NCBI RefSeq assembly: GCF_006345805.1
Contig: NC_042998.1
Location: 193,502,001 to 193,566,000 of the forward strand
Reading direction: 5' to 3'
From: Octopus sinensis
Taxonomy: Eukaryota
DNA length: 64,000 bases
The number at the start of each line of letters is the position of its first letter. Position 1 is the stretch's first letter. Positions 37,205 to 50,537 of the stretch are shown here, piece by piece. The translations under genes were made by a program, and so were the position numbers. The notes under the pieces were generated by a model. It ran no database searches. It was not told the DNA's origin and saw nothing but the letters and a program-made list of their open reading frames with translations.

Positions 37205-37370
37205 TACGACGGGCTTCTTTCAGTTTCCGTCTACCAAATCCACTCACAAGGCTTTGGTCAGCCCGAGGCTACAGTAGAAGACACTTGCCCAAAGTGCCAC
37301 GCAGTGGGACTGAACCCGAAACCATGTGGTTGGTAAGCAAGCTACCTACCACACAGCTACTCCTGCGCCT
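36937..37370 (-). mobile_element. SINE-A, full length
   Basis: Aligns end to end with the other SINE-A copies. Confidence 0.93.
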
Positions 37371-38319
37371 TATATATATATATAGGGAGAGTGATGTAAT
37401 ACTTATAGACACATTCATGTGTCTGTGAGTGCGAACAGTTTCTATTACGTACTTATAACAACAACTATAACCTACAAAAAATAGAATACCGAACAAGGAA
37501 AGTTTCTGGTGAAATGTGTCTGCGATTCGGCTTCGCTTTTGCTGTTTTCTCTTACAATTAATTGAAAAGTTGCAAATTCTCATTCATTTATACCTAAATT
37601 CTCATTCATTTATTCACTAAAAGTCCACCTATTGACTTTAATGATCATGAAACAATTCATCATTTTTACTTCATAGATTAGAAACGATTTAAATCATATA
37701 TATCAATGTTAAATATCTCTACAGCATTACAAAATAGATCCTGTGTAAATAAACGAGTATTCCAAATATATATATAAGCTATACGCTAGTAAAGTCTATA
37801 ATATAAGTCTATAATTACATACTGTATTTTATTCTGATACAGTTATATTAACAATCCGAAAGATACCACGTTTGTTAGTATATTAGGAGTAACAGAGATA
37901 TTCTTACACACGGTTAAACAGCATTACCTGGCTTTTCACAGGAGTCCCTCTCAAACAAACGTTTGGGCCAGTCTTTTAATCTGAAGATAACTCGTTATCT
38001 TGATGTATTGCTTTGATATCTTGATATACCTTTCTGTGTAAGAGTGGAGATGATTTTCAAACGAAAGCCCTTCATTATATATAGGACGGGAACGGCCTGA
38101 CTCCATGAGTTACATTTCGGTAGCCTGCCCTAATTTACAAGCAAGACCATCAACCAGCGCTGACTTGCAGATGGGTTACGCACATTATTCGAAGTGGTGG
38201 TTATCAGCAATACATGCAGAGTCATCAACGCTCTGCAAAAGCGTACGATATACGTCGACCACGACATCTATTCTGACTTCAATCATAATCAAACGAATAA
38301 TAATCAATGATATATATAT

Positions 38320-38550
38320 ATTTCTTTACTGCCCACAAGGAGCTAAACACAGAGGGGACAAACAAGGACAGACAAATGGATTAAGTCGATTACATCGACC
38401 CCAGTGCGTAACTGCTACTTAATTTATCTACCCCGAAAGGATGAAAGGCAAAGTCGACCTCGGCGGAATTTGAACTCAGAACGTAACAGCAGACGAAATA
38501 CGGCTTCGCATTTCGCCCGGCGTGCTAACGTTTCTGCCAGCTCACCGCCT
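38320..38550 (-). mobile_element. SINE-B, first of a tandem pair
   Basis: Full length, flanked by TAATCAATG. Confidence 0.93.
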
Positions 38551-38565
38551 TTATATTAATCAATG

Positions 38566-38797
38566 TATTTCTTTACTGCCCACAAGGGGCTAAACATAGA
38601 GGGGACAAACAAGGACAGACAAAGGGATTAAGTCGATTACATCGACCCCAGTTGGAAACTGGTACTTTATTTATCGACCCCGAAAGGATGAAAGGCAAAG
38701 TCGACCTCGGCAGAATTTGAACTCGGAACGTAACGACAGACGGAATACGGCTACGCATTTCGCCCGGCGTGCTAACGTTTCTGCCAGCTCGCCGCCT
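38566..38797 (-). mobile_element. SINE-B, second of a tandem pair
   Basis: Full length, flanked by TTATATTAATCAATG on both sides. Confidence 0.93.
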
Positions 38798-38810
38798 TTA
38801 TATTAATCAA

Positions 38811-38912
<102 letters not shown>

Positions 38913-40580
38913 ATGTGTGTGTGCGTTGAATGAAAAGTTCATGTAATAATTGTAACAACTCCAATAACACTATAAAATTGTTTAATTTCTCTCCGACGCA
39001 GGACTCCACCCAAAATGTTAAACTTTTCTTCTCCACATTCTGCTTACTAAACTTCTTTATAAATAGCTATTATTTCTTAAGAAAGACCACCACTAATTTC
39101 CTCAAGTTCTAGTGTTTCACCGAATGAATTGCTTGAATTAAAACTAGAACAACTTTTGATATATGGAGATAGTTTTGGTCTTAATTTTCTCTTTTAACGA
39201 GAGTTAGCAAAGGTTATCAGTGGGTAGCGAACGTTTGTAAAGGTTAGTTTAATCTCGAACCGGCTGTACAAAATACTTTTCAATTATTAGTTATCTTCCT
39301 TTGCGTTCCAAGTTCAAATGCCGATGAAGTCGACTTCGTTTTATTGACCAGTGGTCAATAAAAAAAAGATACTTTTCATGTACTAAGATTGCTATAATTC
39401 GCACGAAAAGGTGAATTCTTGATGCTTCAGTTTAAATTCGATATAATCGATTATACCCTCCAGCCATTTCTGACCTTCTGCCAGTTTTCCAAATCAAAAA
39501 TCTGACAAAATATGATACTTTCTTTTATGCCCCCCCCCCACACACACACACACAAACACAAACACTCCCCCTCTTCCCACTCTTTCTCTCTACAGTATTT
39601 GAAATAGTGACAGTTCCAAGTATTGTTTCACTAATCAATAGGTAATTCAATAATTAGTATACCCAAAAAGAAGATATGGCTCTTAGTTATACATCTAAGT
39701 AAGTTCCAAGAGTTTCACTTATATAGAATTCTTTGTGATATAATTGTTCACAAAATATAAAGTGGTTATTTCACTAAGATATAAACATAATCTTCCAGCA
39801 AAGCCGACCATACCTCAGTGATTTGGAAGGCCGAATCTTTGCAGTATAGATACAATCCATCCGATGGGTTCCCATAGATTCCTTCCACCCAAGTTCGCAT
39901 ATAAATCTCAGGTAAATTTGAGGCCATAATAAAAGATACATACCCATGTTACCTTGTAGTAAAGATCCCTTATACTAAGTTCCCTTGCTGTAAGAAGCCT
40001 TGTAGTAAGATCACAACTGAGAACTCATAATTGCGAAGTTCCCTTATTATCATTCTTCCATACTGCATCAACTATTCGTCGCTAAGAAGGTCAGAATAAT
40101 ATCGAAACATGCTCTCAATTGTCTCCAGCACTTTACCCAACCAAAAAAGAAACGCGAAGTAAATAAAACAGGGGACAACTGATGAAGGGAATGTTCTTTG
40201 TGTTGTATGTCTCGCTTCTCTGTTTGCTTTTTCGTTGTTTATATACATATATATGTAGGTATGTATATATGCACATATTTATATATTATTTATATTATCA
40301 TTTGATCGAACGCCATGCATCCTTTTCCAAGTAAGTTTTATCTATCGATCTATATATATAAAAAATAACAAGGTAAAAGTTTTTATTTTTTATTTCTTTC
40401 GAAAATTGCTATTAAATAGTGGTTTTGGCCGTTTTGGCTTCTTCCTCTAGCATGTAAAAATTACCTGTTAAAGGGAAGTTTTCTCTTGTTCTTAAATGTA
40501 CACTATTTTTAAAATAAGAATATGTTGTCTATTGACTATTTATACATGCTAGGCCACTGGTGCTGATATTTCTAACGAAT

Positions 40581-40588
40581 ATCCACTC

Positions 40589-40647
<59 letters not shown>

Positions 40648-40693
40648 CATATATGTGAGTATATATGTCTGTGTGTGTGTGCGCGCGTGTGTG

Positions 40694-40768
<75 letters not shown>

Positions 40769-40787
40769 TTAGATAGATAGATAGATA
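40581..40787. repeat. Compound (TA)n/(TG)n/(GATA)n microsatellite
   Basis: Direct periodicity. Confidence 0.93.
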
Positions 40788-41574
40788 CCACCAGGGAAAC
40801 TGCTGGTAACGATACACTTTTCCTATCCTTTGCGGAAAACCAATTTATTCCCTTTTTGAACTATTAAAATCTCAACTTTGACCTTGTTTGTTATTGTGGA
40901 ATCATCCTCCATATTCGTTTCTCAATCTCTTAATTTTTATCCATAATTGCTTTTACATATTGTTCTTTATGTATGTCTATTTTGACACTACTTCGTTTGA
41001 CTCAACGTTTTGCTCTTAATATTTTGTCGATGGATCAGTGTTTATTTTTATCTTAATTTTTCTCTCTCTTGGTCTACTAAATATAAAGAAAGAATTTTGT
41101 CTAATATGAGTGTATGTCGAAAATCTCAATCCTATAGATTATATTATATTGCGCTTTCACCTTTGTTGAAATCGTGCCTTTATTTTTTACAGTCTTTCTT
41201 CTTTTTGTTTTTGTTTTTTGTCATGTGTGTTTACTTTCCTTTTACTTCACAAATATATTTAAAATTTTCCCTTCTCTTTTTTTCTTTTTCGTATTTGTTT
41301 TTATTCCACTTGTCTTTTCACTTCCTGTAGTTTTCTCTTTCATTAAGTTTTCAGCAGCTGTATGCCGACTTTATTGTCATTTTCTTCCTTCTTTTCTTCC
41401 TTTATTTTTTATTTAATCTTCCGGCTTCCATTTTATGTTTACTCAGTGAACTGGAAGAAACTTGTGCCACAAAATCTTAAAAGAATCATGCAAAAGTACA
41501 CACATCTCATTTCTTTTTTTTTTTTAACAAGAACCATTCATAGCTTGCCAGTCATCGTAGAAAAATAGGACATT

Positions 41575-41690
41575 GGTTACGAGCCAATGAGGAAACCACA
41601 GCGTGGTTCTTCGTGCTGCTAGAAATAACACTCCATCTCACTTAAATAGCATTCTGCCGTCTTAGCGGACGAGCGACACAATGTCATCAT
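41575..41690. mobile_element. Old dispersed repeat family (GCTAGAAATA..C.AAATCTCCCTCAAAT...CCGTCTT core); relics also near 11510, 16870, 27160, 27915, 35165 and 62220
   Basis: The motif recurs in degenerate form on both strands. Alignment by eye only. Confidence 0.45.
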
Positions 41691-41702
41691 AGCAGTACAA
41701 AT

Positions 41703-42118
41703 GGATCTTTTCGGTTTGAACGGCAGCTTTTTCTAGCGGTGTCATATGAAATTGTCACCCATAATTATGACCCTAGTATCGATCTATTGCATTTCAATCT
41801 GTTTTAGGGTTAGGGTTAGGGGTGGGGGAAGGGTATATTTTTTTCTTCAGAAATGTAAGTAAACCCAATCTGTTTCTTAAACGAGGGACATATTCATACG
41901 GCACAGAATGTTTTCACCTCAAAAGACGTCATTGAGTGGTTGAAATTGCAGAAATTGAAGAAAAAAATACAACAAATATCTTACAAACTATAGAATTTTC
42001 TCAATAAAGCCGAGAGAAAAAGATGTTTTATAAACACATTCTACCAGTATACGAAGTTTAAAAGTGTTTAGTTACGTGGAAATTATTTAAAAAACTGCCG
42101 GTCAAACCGAAAAGATCC
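41703..42118 (-). mobile_element. Merlin-like MITE (416 bp), opposite orientation
   Basis: Same TIRs, with (TTAGGG)3 on the + strand. No recognisable TSD. Confidence 0.88.
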
Positions 42119-42364
42119 AAAAGTGAATATTAAATTAAGCATTCTTCTTTTGGAAAAGTTATCCATTTTTAAACAAATTCCACTCAATTTTATACTGAAA
42201 GCATTTTAAATTTTTCGACGTGATAGGATCTGATAACTTAGTGGTAATATATTTTACAACCCAAATATGTGACCGCTAATCAACTATTAAGATTCGTAAC
42301 ATATTTGTAATGGTCTAATTGACTTTGTTTCTCTTTTTTTCTTCCCCTCGTCCATCTATTTCTC

Positions 42365-42383
42365 TTTCTTCTTCTTCTTCGTC

Positions 42384-42438
<55 letters not shown>

Positions 42439-42467
42439 CATCATCATCATCATCATCATCATCATTT

Positions 42468-42506
<39 letters not shown>
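42365..42506. repeat. Graded trinucleotide array (CTT)(ATT)(ATC)(GTA)
   Basis: Direct periodicity. Confidence 0.95.
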
Positions 42507-42507
<1 letters not shown>

Positions 42508-42735
42508 GCAGAATTGTTAGCAGAATGGGCGAAATGCTTAGCGGTATTTGTGGGTAGTAAAGAAATAGGTATTTCGTCTGCCGTTCCGTTGTGAGTTCAA
42601 ATTCCGCCGAGGTCGACTTTGCCTTTCATCCTTTCGGCATTGATAAATTAAGTACCAGTTGTGTACTGGGGTCGAACTAATCGACTGGCCCCCTCCCTCA
42701 AAAATTTGGAGCCTTGTACTTAGAGTAGAAAAGTA
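42505..42735 (+). mobile_element. SINE-B variant (alternative 3' end) with a nested 18-bp insertion
   Basis: SINE-B head and domain, with 3' CCCCCTCCC.CAAAAATTT.GAGCCTTGT...AGTAGAAAAG. Confidence 0.85.
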
Positions 42736-43080
42736 TTGGAGAGGGATGAATACCGTTACTAAATCTACAAGTTTCGACATACTTAAAAATTCAGAAAACA
42801 GAATTGAAATGTTTTATTGAATTTAGGAATTATATAAAAAATTTCTCTTCATTTGTTTGTAAGTCCCACTTTGTAATTCTCTTTTGCGATATCGATAAAA
42901 TAAGAACATGTTGATTAAATAAGTACAACGATTGAGGTAACTGAGTATACCGGAGAAGGTAGTATTTCAGCAAGACCACCGTGTACTGACTGGAATATAT
43001 TTTTAATGAAAGAATATTTGTCAGCGTAAAATGGATAGGTCTCTTGTTATAATTAGAAAATATAATATTATAAAAAAAAT

Positions 43081-43451
43081 AGAAATATTAAATTTCTAAA
43101 TATCTCAGAGATATATAAGCAGTGGTGGAACGATAGAGCGGTTATATACTGTCAACTTAACGTAACAGTCCCATAAAGAGAATTACACTACCGCTATTTA
43201 GCCCTAGGAAGCATCAACGCTTCCTGCCGGCCTTAACACATTTCCTGTGTGCAGACTGATGACGAACAAAACTCAGAAACATGTCTCTGGGTGCAAGCTT
43301 AGCTGGATGGGGGTGCTTGTCTCCCCTTTGTAAATATAAAGACACAGGAAATGTGTCAAGGCCGACAGGAAGCGTTGATGCTTCCTAGGGCTAAATAGCG
43401 GTGGTGTGATTCCCTTTATGGGACTGTCACGTTAAGTTGACAGTATACAAC
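43081..43451 (+). mobile_element. Penelope-like terminus with a long inverted duplication (arms 43141-43250 / 43342-43451)
   Basis: 110-bp near-perfect inverted repeat. Homologous to 12271-12533. Hammerhead lies in the spacer. Confidence 0.8.
43252..43289 (+). ncRNA. Minimal type-I hammerhead ribozyme motif
   Basis: CAGA-CTGATGA-CGAACAAAACTCA-GAAAC AT GTC|TCTG. Intact core, 4-bp stem I, palindromic ACATGT, GUC triplet. Stem II is weakened. Confidence 0.65.
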
Positions 43452-43873
43452 TATTCTATAATATTATAACTAAATAGAAAAACACGTGGATCGACATCAA
43501 ACATCAATATTGTGGTTACTTTAGATATATGAAGATTTTTGGATATATGATCAAGTAATACAACTTGAGAAACTGGCAACTATAAGATATTAATGAATCA
43601 GTCGTTGTTAATTTAGTCTTAACGTAGGTTTGAAATGTATTGTTTCTAAACGTCACAGAGCGTTTAACTTTATTTTATGCCAAATATAAAAGAAGAAATA
43701 GGATTCAGGATATTTAGGTTAAAAAATAGTTTCTCGTCAAGATATATACTAGATATAACAAAATATAATCGAACGTTTTTGGTAACCAACGATATATATA
43801 TGTATTCCTTAATATCCGAAGTAACACGGTCGAAAATCCATCTCCTTTAAAATGGCTCACCCAATTATATACC

Positions 43874-44106
43874 TATTTCTTTACTACCCACAAGGGGCTA
43901 AACACAGAGAGGGCAAACAAGAACAGACACACGGATTAAGTCTATTATATCGACTCCAGGGCGTAACTGGTACTTATTTAATCGATCCCGAAAGGATGAA
44001 AGGCAAAGTCGACCTCGGTGGAATTTGAACTAAGAACGTAACGGCAGACGAAATACCACTAAGCATTTCGCCCGACGTGCTAACGTTTCTGCCAGCTCGC
44101 TGCCTT
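43874..44106 (-). mobile_element. SINE-B with ~20-bp imperfect TSD
   Basis: GGCTCACCCAATTATATACC / GGGTCGCCTAATTATATACC. Confidence 0.92.
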
Positions 44107-46784
44107 GGGTCGCCTAATTATATACCATCACATAGCTCTTGGGTGTCTTTGCTGGAGTCTACTCTTTTGTAAGGATCTTCCGGTCTGAAAATAATTTCCT
44201 TCATTTCTCCAACCCAGGAAAAGTTTTATAAATGCTACCTATCCTCCTCCTGCTAAACGAAAAAAATTCAACTTCCTTTTTGTAATAGATTTTCTAGCTT
44301 TTATGATTATTGACTTAACTTTGTGCACAAGGTAGAATTTATGAAAGAATATGTTTCAGTTATTAAAAAAAAAAGACACTAACATACAGTGATACTCTCA
44401 AAGATCTATTTGATGATCCTCACATTTTATTGACTTGGATCTTCACGACTCACCAATTAATGAAAGAAATATATATTTACGACTAGTTTCTCCAAGATTC
44501 TTAAACCTTCACAGAATTTACAATAACTATTAAACCATTCTCATGTCACTTTAATTATCCAATCTTTGTCGCTTCACTTATTTAAAGAACATCAGCGACA
44601 ATTGTAAATATATGTTGCAGAACAAGAACAGAATAATCGTTTAGAGCTATCAAAGCCAAACCTCTCGCTTGCCTGAACAATATGACCTGGGATTTTGATG
44701 CTTTTGATAGAGTTCACTGTGTTATATGCATTCGGTATAAACTCCTTTTTTCCTACAAGCATTAGACTACAGATGTTCCGCCTGAGCACCAACCACTTCA
44801 ATGTCACCAGTCTAAGCAAGCATACAAAGGTCGTATTCACAGTTTATCCTGCTATTAAAAAAGCGATTCATTCGTAATGGGAGGCATCAACCATTGAATA
44901 TTTGAATGCACGATGACAATTTTTATAAAACATTTAATCATTGAACCGAAACCGTTGAACCGATCTTTCTTTTTCTGCCCACAATGAGTATATCCAATTA
45001 CACATGCAATGTCAACTTAAGCATCGATTTACTCTACAGTACAATTATAGAATCAATTCCTACAAATAATAAAACACCAATCTTCCTTAATTTTTCCTTT
45101 GATTTTTTTATTTCTTTTCGTTCATTCAATCACCGTTCAAAATTTAGTTATATCTTGTTTTTTTTCTGGGGTTTTTTTCTACAATTTCGACTGCAGTTAT
45201 ACACCATGTTTCCTCTTTTCCGATCAATAATTTCGGTTTTCAATCATGACATCACAGAGCGTATCAGTGTATGCAAATGTAAGAAATTAGATGTCAGATA
45301 CAGTTATGTACATATGCAAACATATCGCTTTTATCACACAAAAGATAAACAAACGTCTGTATACTTTTAACAAACATATGCTGAACCACTGATATTGTGA
45401 TATCATCATATCACCATGTTTCCTGAATGTTCAATAAATAACAAAGTCTAAAATTGTCGCTTGCAACTATTTAACTCTTTTTCTCTCTTTATTGGTTTAC
45501 GATTTTCACTTTATATTTTCATACACGCTTCTTTATTTATTTATCCGTCTTTTTTTTTCTGATCTGATTGTTTCCCATTCCAACTAATTAACGAATCATG
45601 AAGTCTGCTTAATTAATCCTGCAAGCTATAATATTCGATTGGTAACTTTTTCCTTTCTGCCATTTCAATAAAATGAAATAACTCTATTACTTAACACACT
45701 ATCAAATTACTTTCGCTAGTTTTACCTCTATTTGTGTGAGCTTTTGTGTGTGGCCTTGGAAGAGTATATGAATACGTGCATGTAAATATGTAATTGTGTG
45801 CCTGTATATTCTGTATATTCCTTCTTTTTTTTTTCTCATTTTGCTTAATTATTTCCACACGTTGTTCTATCAATGAAAACTTAGTACCCCATCTGTCTGT
45901 TTGTCAGTCGCTGTTTGTTATCTACATGTACTGCCCTGACTATATGTTTGCTGTTATTTAATTACATTCAGTCTCAGCCTTGACATGTTACCAACAAGAT
46001 GGGAAATGAACGTTTTGGGTTTTTTTTCTTCATTACTTATTGTTGATTTGTTTCGTTATTTCCTTGTTGTCTCCTTAGAAATTAACCATGTTGAACGTGT
46101 GTGGCTCGTTGCTCGATGTCAATGCGATGTACAGGAAAAGTAATGATTGGAAGTTACACAGAAACTATTGTACGTTTATAATTAGATACCCAGTCGGAAG
46201 GGAAACAGATGTTTAATTTAGGGAAGCAAAAGAATTCATTTCTTTATTAGGCTGCAGAGACAAATATTACATATAAATTCCTTTTTCTTAGTTATTCGAT
46301 TTTATCTATATTTTTACGAATATTTTCTTTCGTACTGTAATCAAAGTCACAGTGATAGCATAAATTTAATAAATCGTCAGAATCTCAGATTTTAAAGCTA
46401 ATTGCAAAAGGCGTCCATTGGACTCCTTTGATCAAAGAGAAGATCGAAGTAAGGATTAACGTTAAATACTCAAATTTACCAAAATTCCTATCAGTTTCTA
46501 ATTGTGCTTAAGTTAGCAAAACATCTGACTAGTTAGCAAACAGCTGAAGAAAAGCTTCAGAATTTTAAAAATAGAAATGTTAGTCAGTCTCTATTTCGCA
46601 GTGATACACATTGGGTCCAATACTTCAAGTGACTTCACCGTTGTAGTTGTTGTCAGTAACAACAAAAATACTGATGTTGGTCAGTAGAAGAAATTTAACA
46701 TTTTATTTTTCTGTAACACATTGCAGGAGGATTGGAGGATAAATTATTAGTATTTGGTTTTATGGTAACGAGTATAATTATATG

Positions 46785-46953
46785 TCATCATCATTCATCA
46801 TTGTTCGACCGTGGTCGAGACAGTGAAATTTACTATGTTACGCCAGACTTCACGGTCCATCATAGCATTACGGAGGTCCTGTTGCTGGATGCCTGTATCC
46901 CTGGAGATTGCATCAGGGTAGGAGAGTGTGCATCCTCTGCTATCGCGAGTAGA

Positions 46954-46956
<3 letters not shown>
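46785..46956 (-). mobile_element. RTE-clade LINE 3' end, heavily 5'-truncated
   Basis: SYPDAISRDTGIQQQDLRNAMMDREVWRNIV is an RTE C-terminus. (TGA)n tail. Confidence 0.8.
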
Positions 46957-47000
<44 letters not shown>

Positions 47001-47657
47001 TTCGTTCCAGCACACGATCTCAATACATCATGCATACATATAAACTCCGTAACGTTTTTCTGTGAGAAGACTGTAAACGGCAAGAAACACAAGCAAGACA
47101 AACAATAGAATAATGAAAAATCGCGGTCATTCTATGAACATGCAGCATCTGTTTATGATCTCGCAAAAACAAGTGAAGAATGTGGAAAACTAAAAACCAC
47201 AGCTTATATTGAGATTTAAGCAGGACTTCATTGTTTAAATATGTAAGTCACTGCATGAAAGAACAACTCCAACACGAGTTGGGAAAAACCCCACCATCTG
47301 GATGTTTGATGAGATCGACGAAATTGCGAGAACAATCCGCTCACATTCAAACTCCCAGCTTTTGCTCAATACGTTTTGTGTGATATTGTGCAGCGGAAAC
47401 TGTAAGCCAACAGATGGAAGCAAAAGAGACCGATCCGAGTAATGACATTGAGCCAAAAGGGATTACCTCCCTCCAATATAACATCAAAGGACTCAGGAAA
47501 AGATTGGACAGTTGGATACAATCACCAAACGCCAAGTTAGAATGAATTCACGAATTACCAACTAACTAGATTCTTCAAGTTGTGTGGGAGCTACAACCAA
47601 GAAACACCCACAAGGAAACCGGCCGCCCACCACAAATACGATCTACAATTAATAAGT

Positions 47658-47717
47658 GAAATGATTCGTTACTTGCCTTCAAATTACGAAATGCTTCGTT
47701 ACTTGCCTTCAAATTAC
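47658..47717. repeat. 30-bp tandem duplication
   Basis: GAAATG(A/C)TTCGTTACTTGCCTTCAAATTAC x2. Confidence 0.92.
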
Positions 47718-48385
47718 TTGAACACAATACAGTGTGTTGCCAACCAGAGTATGAACATATAATAGAAATGTTAAAAGTTAAGCGGTGCCAGTTGATGAGG
47801 CGTTTTAAAGCGGGAGAAAGCCTTGCATAGAGCAGGGGCAAATCCCACTCTCTAAACAAGGTAAGCATTTACCCAAAATAGAGAACTAGTCCACATTATT
47901 GGATGTAATCACAAGTGTTTTCTTCTCCTAGAAAGATGTGTGTGTGTGTGTAAGATGTTGGATGGTTGTTGTCTCTACTGAGTTCATCAGCCCTTTGACA
48001 GATTTTGCTTTCTATCATAGATGTACAACGAAAGTTACCCTTCTTAGCAAGCAGGCTTTATAAGATTGCCGGTTCAGTTGCCGACGGCCCTATCATACAT
48101 CCATGCATGCATCCATTCAACATTCATTCATTCATGCAGCCATTCATCTAATCATACATACATACATGATTCGTTTTTAACAGTTGAACTCGAAGTAGAT
48201 AAAGCTAATATAAAGCTATAAATAGCATCATCTAAATATTGGATTTAAACCCCTTTGGACAGAAAAAGTCGAAGACTGCCTGTGGGACTCGAGCTCCCAT
48301 GTTCTGTAAACATAACAGATGCTCTGCCATTGCACTGGTTTCCACTTGTTGATGTGTCTAGTATTGCTTATATATTATCAACCCT

Positions 48386-48562
48386 TACGTTCTGGGTTCA
48401 AATTCCGCCGATACGTTCTGAGTTCAAATTCCGCCGAGGTCGACCTTGCTTTTCCTCCTTTCAGAGTCGATAAATTAAATACCAGTTTCGTAGTGGGTCG
48501 ATCTACTCAACAAGCCCCCTCCCCCAAATTTCGGGCCTTGTGCCTAGAGTAGAAAAGAATAT
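48386..48562 (+). mobile_element. 5'-truncated SINE-B variant with a 26-bp duplication of the B-box segment
   Basis: TACGTTCTG(G/A)GTTCAAATTCCGCCGA x2 at 48386-48437. Confidence 0.85.
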
Positions 48563-49279
48563 ATTGTCGTCCTTAATTTACTGGTTTATTTCGAATAGTT
48601 TCATCACACCATATCTAGCTTGTTGGTCTCTTTAGGCCTTGTTCCTTCATTGTGTATTGTTCGGAGATGGTTTACGGAAGAATTGTCTTTGGTTGTAATT
48701 CAGATTTCCCTTGTACGATTTATTGACTCCCTAGCTGCTCTTGACAATGTCTGCATATGGAATTTTGCTGCCTTTCTCTTAATGCCCTTTATTATTTTTT
48801 CATCGGGATCTTGAAATATTTTGTTAAGAAAAACTGATTTCTTCTATAAGAGTACATTTGTTTCTACATTATCTCGTTAGTTTTCAATTTCCCATAATAG
48901 GTATGAAAAATGTTCGCTTCCAGTATTCTGCTTGATATTCGTTCCTTTTTACCATAAGTTTAAAAAAATCTAGGAGTCATTCCATTCGTTCATTTAGTGA
49001 TTTCTTTTTACATCATCATTCCACATTTGTCGAACTTGTTTTTAAATTTGAGTTGTCGGATCAAAGAAGATTGAATTCTATTCTGCTGCGAATTTCAAAC
49101 GTGAGAAGTTTATTCTAATTTTTATTTCCTCATTTGTTTCAGATCTCATCTTTTTTATACGAATTTAAATAGAAAAAGAGCTTACCTTCAAAATTTGCCA
49201 TTTTGCATGTGTGTGTGTGTGCGCGCGAGTGTACGTGTGTGTGTGTGTGGTGTGTGTGTGTGTGTGTGTGTGCGTGTGC

Positions 49280-49315
<36 letters not shown>

Positions 49316-49377
49316 GCGTGCGTGCGTGCGTGTGTGTGTGTGGTGTGTACGTAATGGCAAAGTTGAGAGTATGCATA

Positions 49378-49412
<35 letters not shown>

Positions 49413-49421
49413 GTATGCATC

Positions 49422-49457
<36 letters not shown>

Positions 49458-50537
49458 AGTATGCATGTGTGTGTGAGTGTATTCACGCCTGATTTTCGTC
49501 GTTCTTAGATGCAATCCAGTACTGTTTCCTTTAATTTAATTTAATCTACATCTTCATTCTTATATACCTCGTTTTCAAACTAAATTTCGATCTATTATTT
49601 TAAAATATCCTGTACATTTAAACGATGTGTTTCAATAGATATCACAATCGTCATATTTAGAATTTCTGCAGTATCTGCAATTTGTTTCAATGTTTAGTCG
49701 TTAAATTTCTTCAAAAATCTAATATAAATACATCCAGTTCTGCTAACAATTTTGGTAACCTCATTCTAACCTTATACTAATCATTTAAATTCTCAAAACG
49801 AAATATAGTTCTTGATATAGTCCCGATATTTGCAAAGAAAAGAAGATATAATGAAATTTTAGAATTTTTTAAACCATTAAAAATATATTTAATAGAATAA
49901 TATATTTCATAATAGAATAATAAATTTCATGAATAATATTATGGCAACTGTTAGCGCTTTTATTCGCCACATCGACACCTTAATCTGTAACTTTGTAGTG
50001 TCATAACGATAGATACCTATGGCGTTCACGTCATGGCTACTGTATTTGATAATGTTTTCCAATTTATATCTATCAATATATTTATTAATAAATCTTCCTG
50101 GGGAGCTCCTCCTCTTTTACTTTTGCAGTATTAGGTAAAATGCTCAAGATCACTGCATTGTCGGCATCTAATGTCACCCTAACGTCTTAGAAAATAGCAT
50201 TTTGGAAAATGTTTTGGGCTACCTGCACTTAGGGGGTAAAAATCAGCTTTTTCAAAGCTGGAATATTTTGATCGTAAATATGTTCCATCGGAGCTTCCTA
50301 GGGTTAAACAACAACAGCAACAAACCTAGTTTAAGAAACTATCATATTTATCTTAAATATATCACACACGTCTGCGTATGCGTATGTATGTATTTATGTA
50401 TGTATGTATGTATGTATGTATGTATGTATGTATGTATGTATGTATGTATGTGTGTGTATGTATGTATGTATGTGTGTGTGTATGTATGTGTGTGTGTATG
50501 TATGTGTGTGTGTATGTATGTATGTATGTATGTATGT

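Noticed and set aside
40100-40190. Permuted hammerhead (CGAAACATG...TTGTCTCC...GGGGACAA-CTGATGA)
   Set aside because: An 8-bp stem I is possible, but there is no valid NUH triplet or stem II. At most a decayed PLE relic.
47230-47870. Possible MULE or Dong RT relic (KNPTIWMF; QLDTITKRQVRM)
   Set aside because: The motif resemblances are short, in different frames and mutually inconsistent, so it cannot be assigned without a search.
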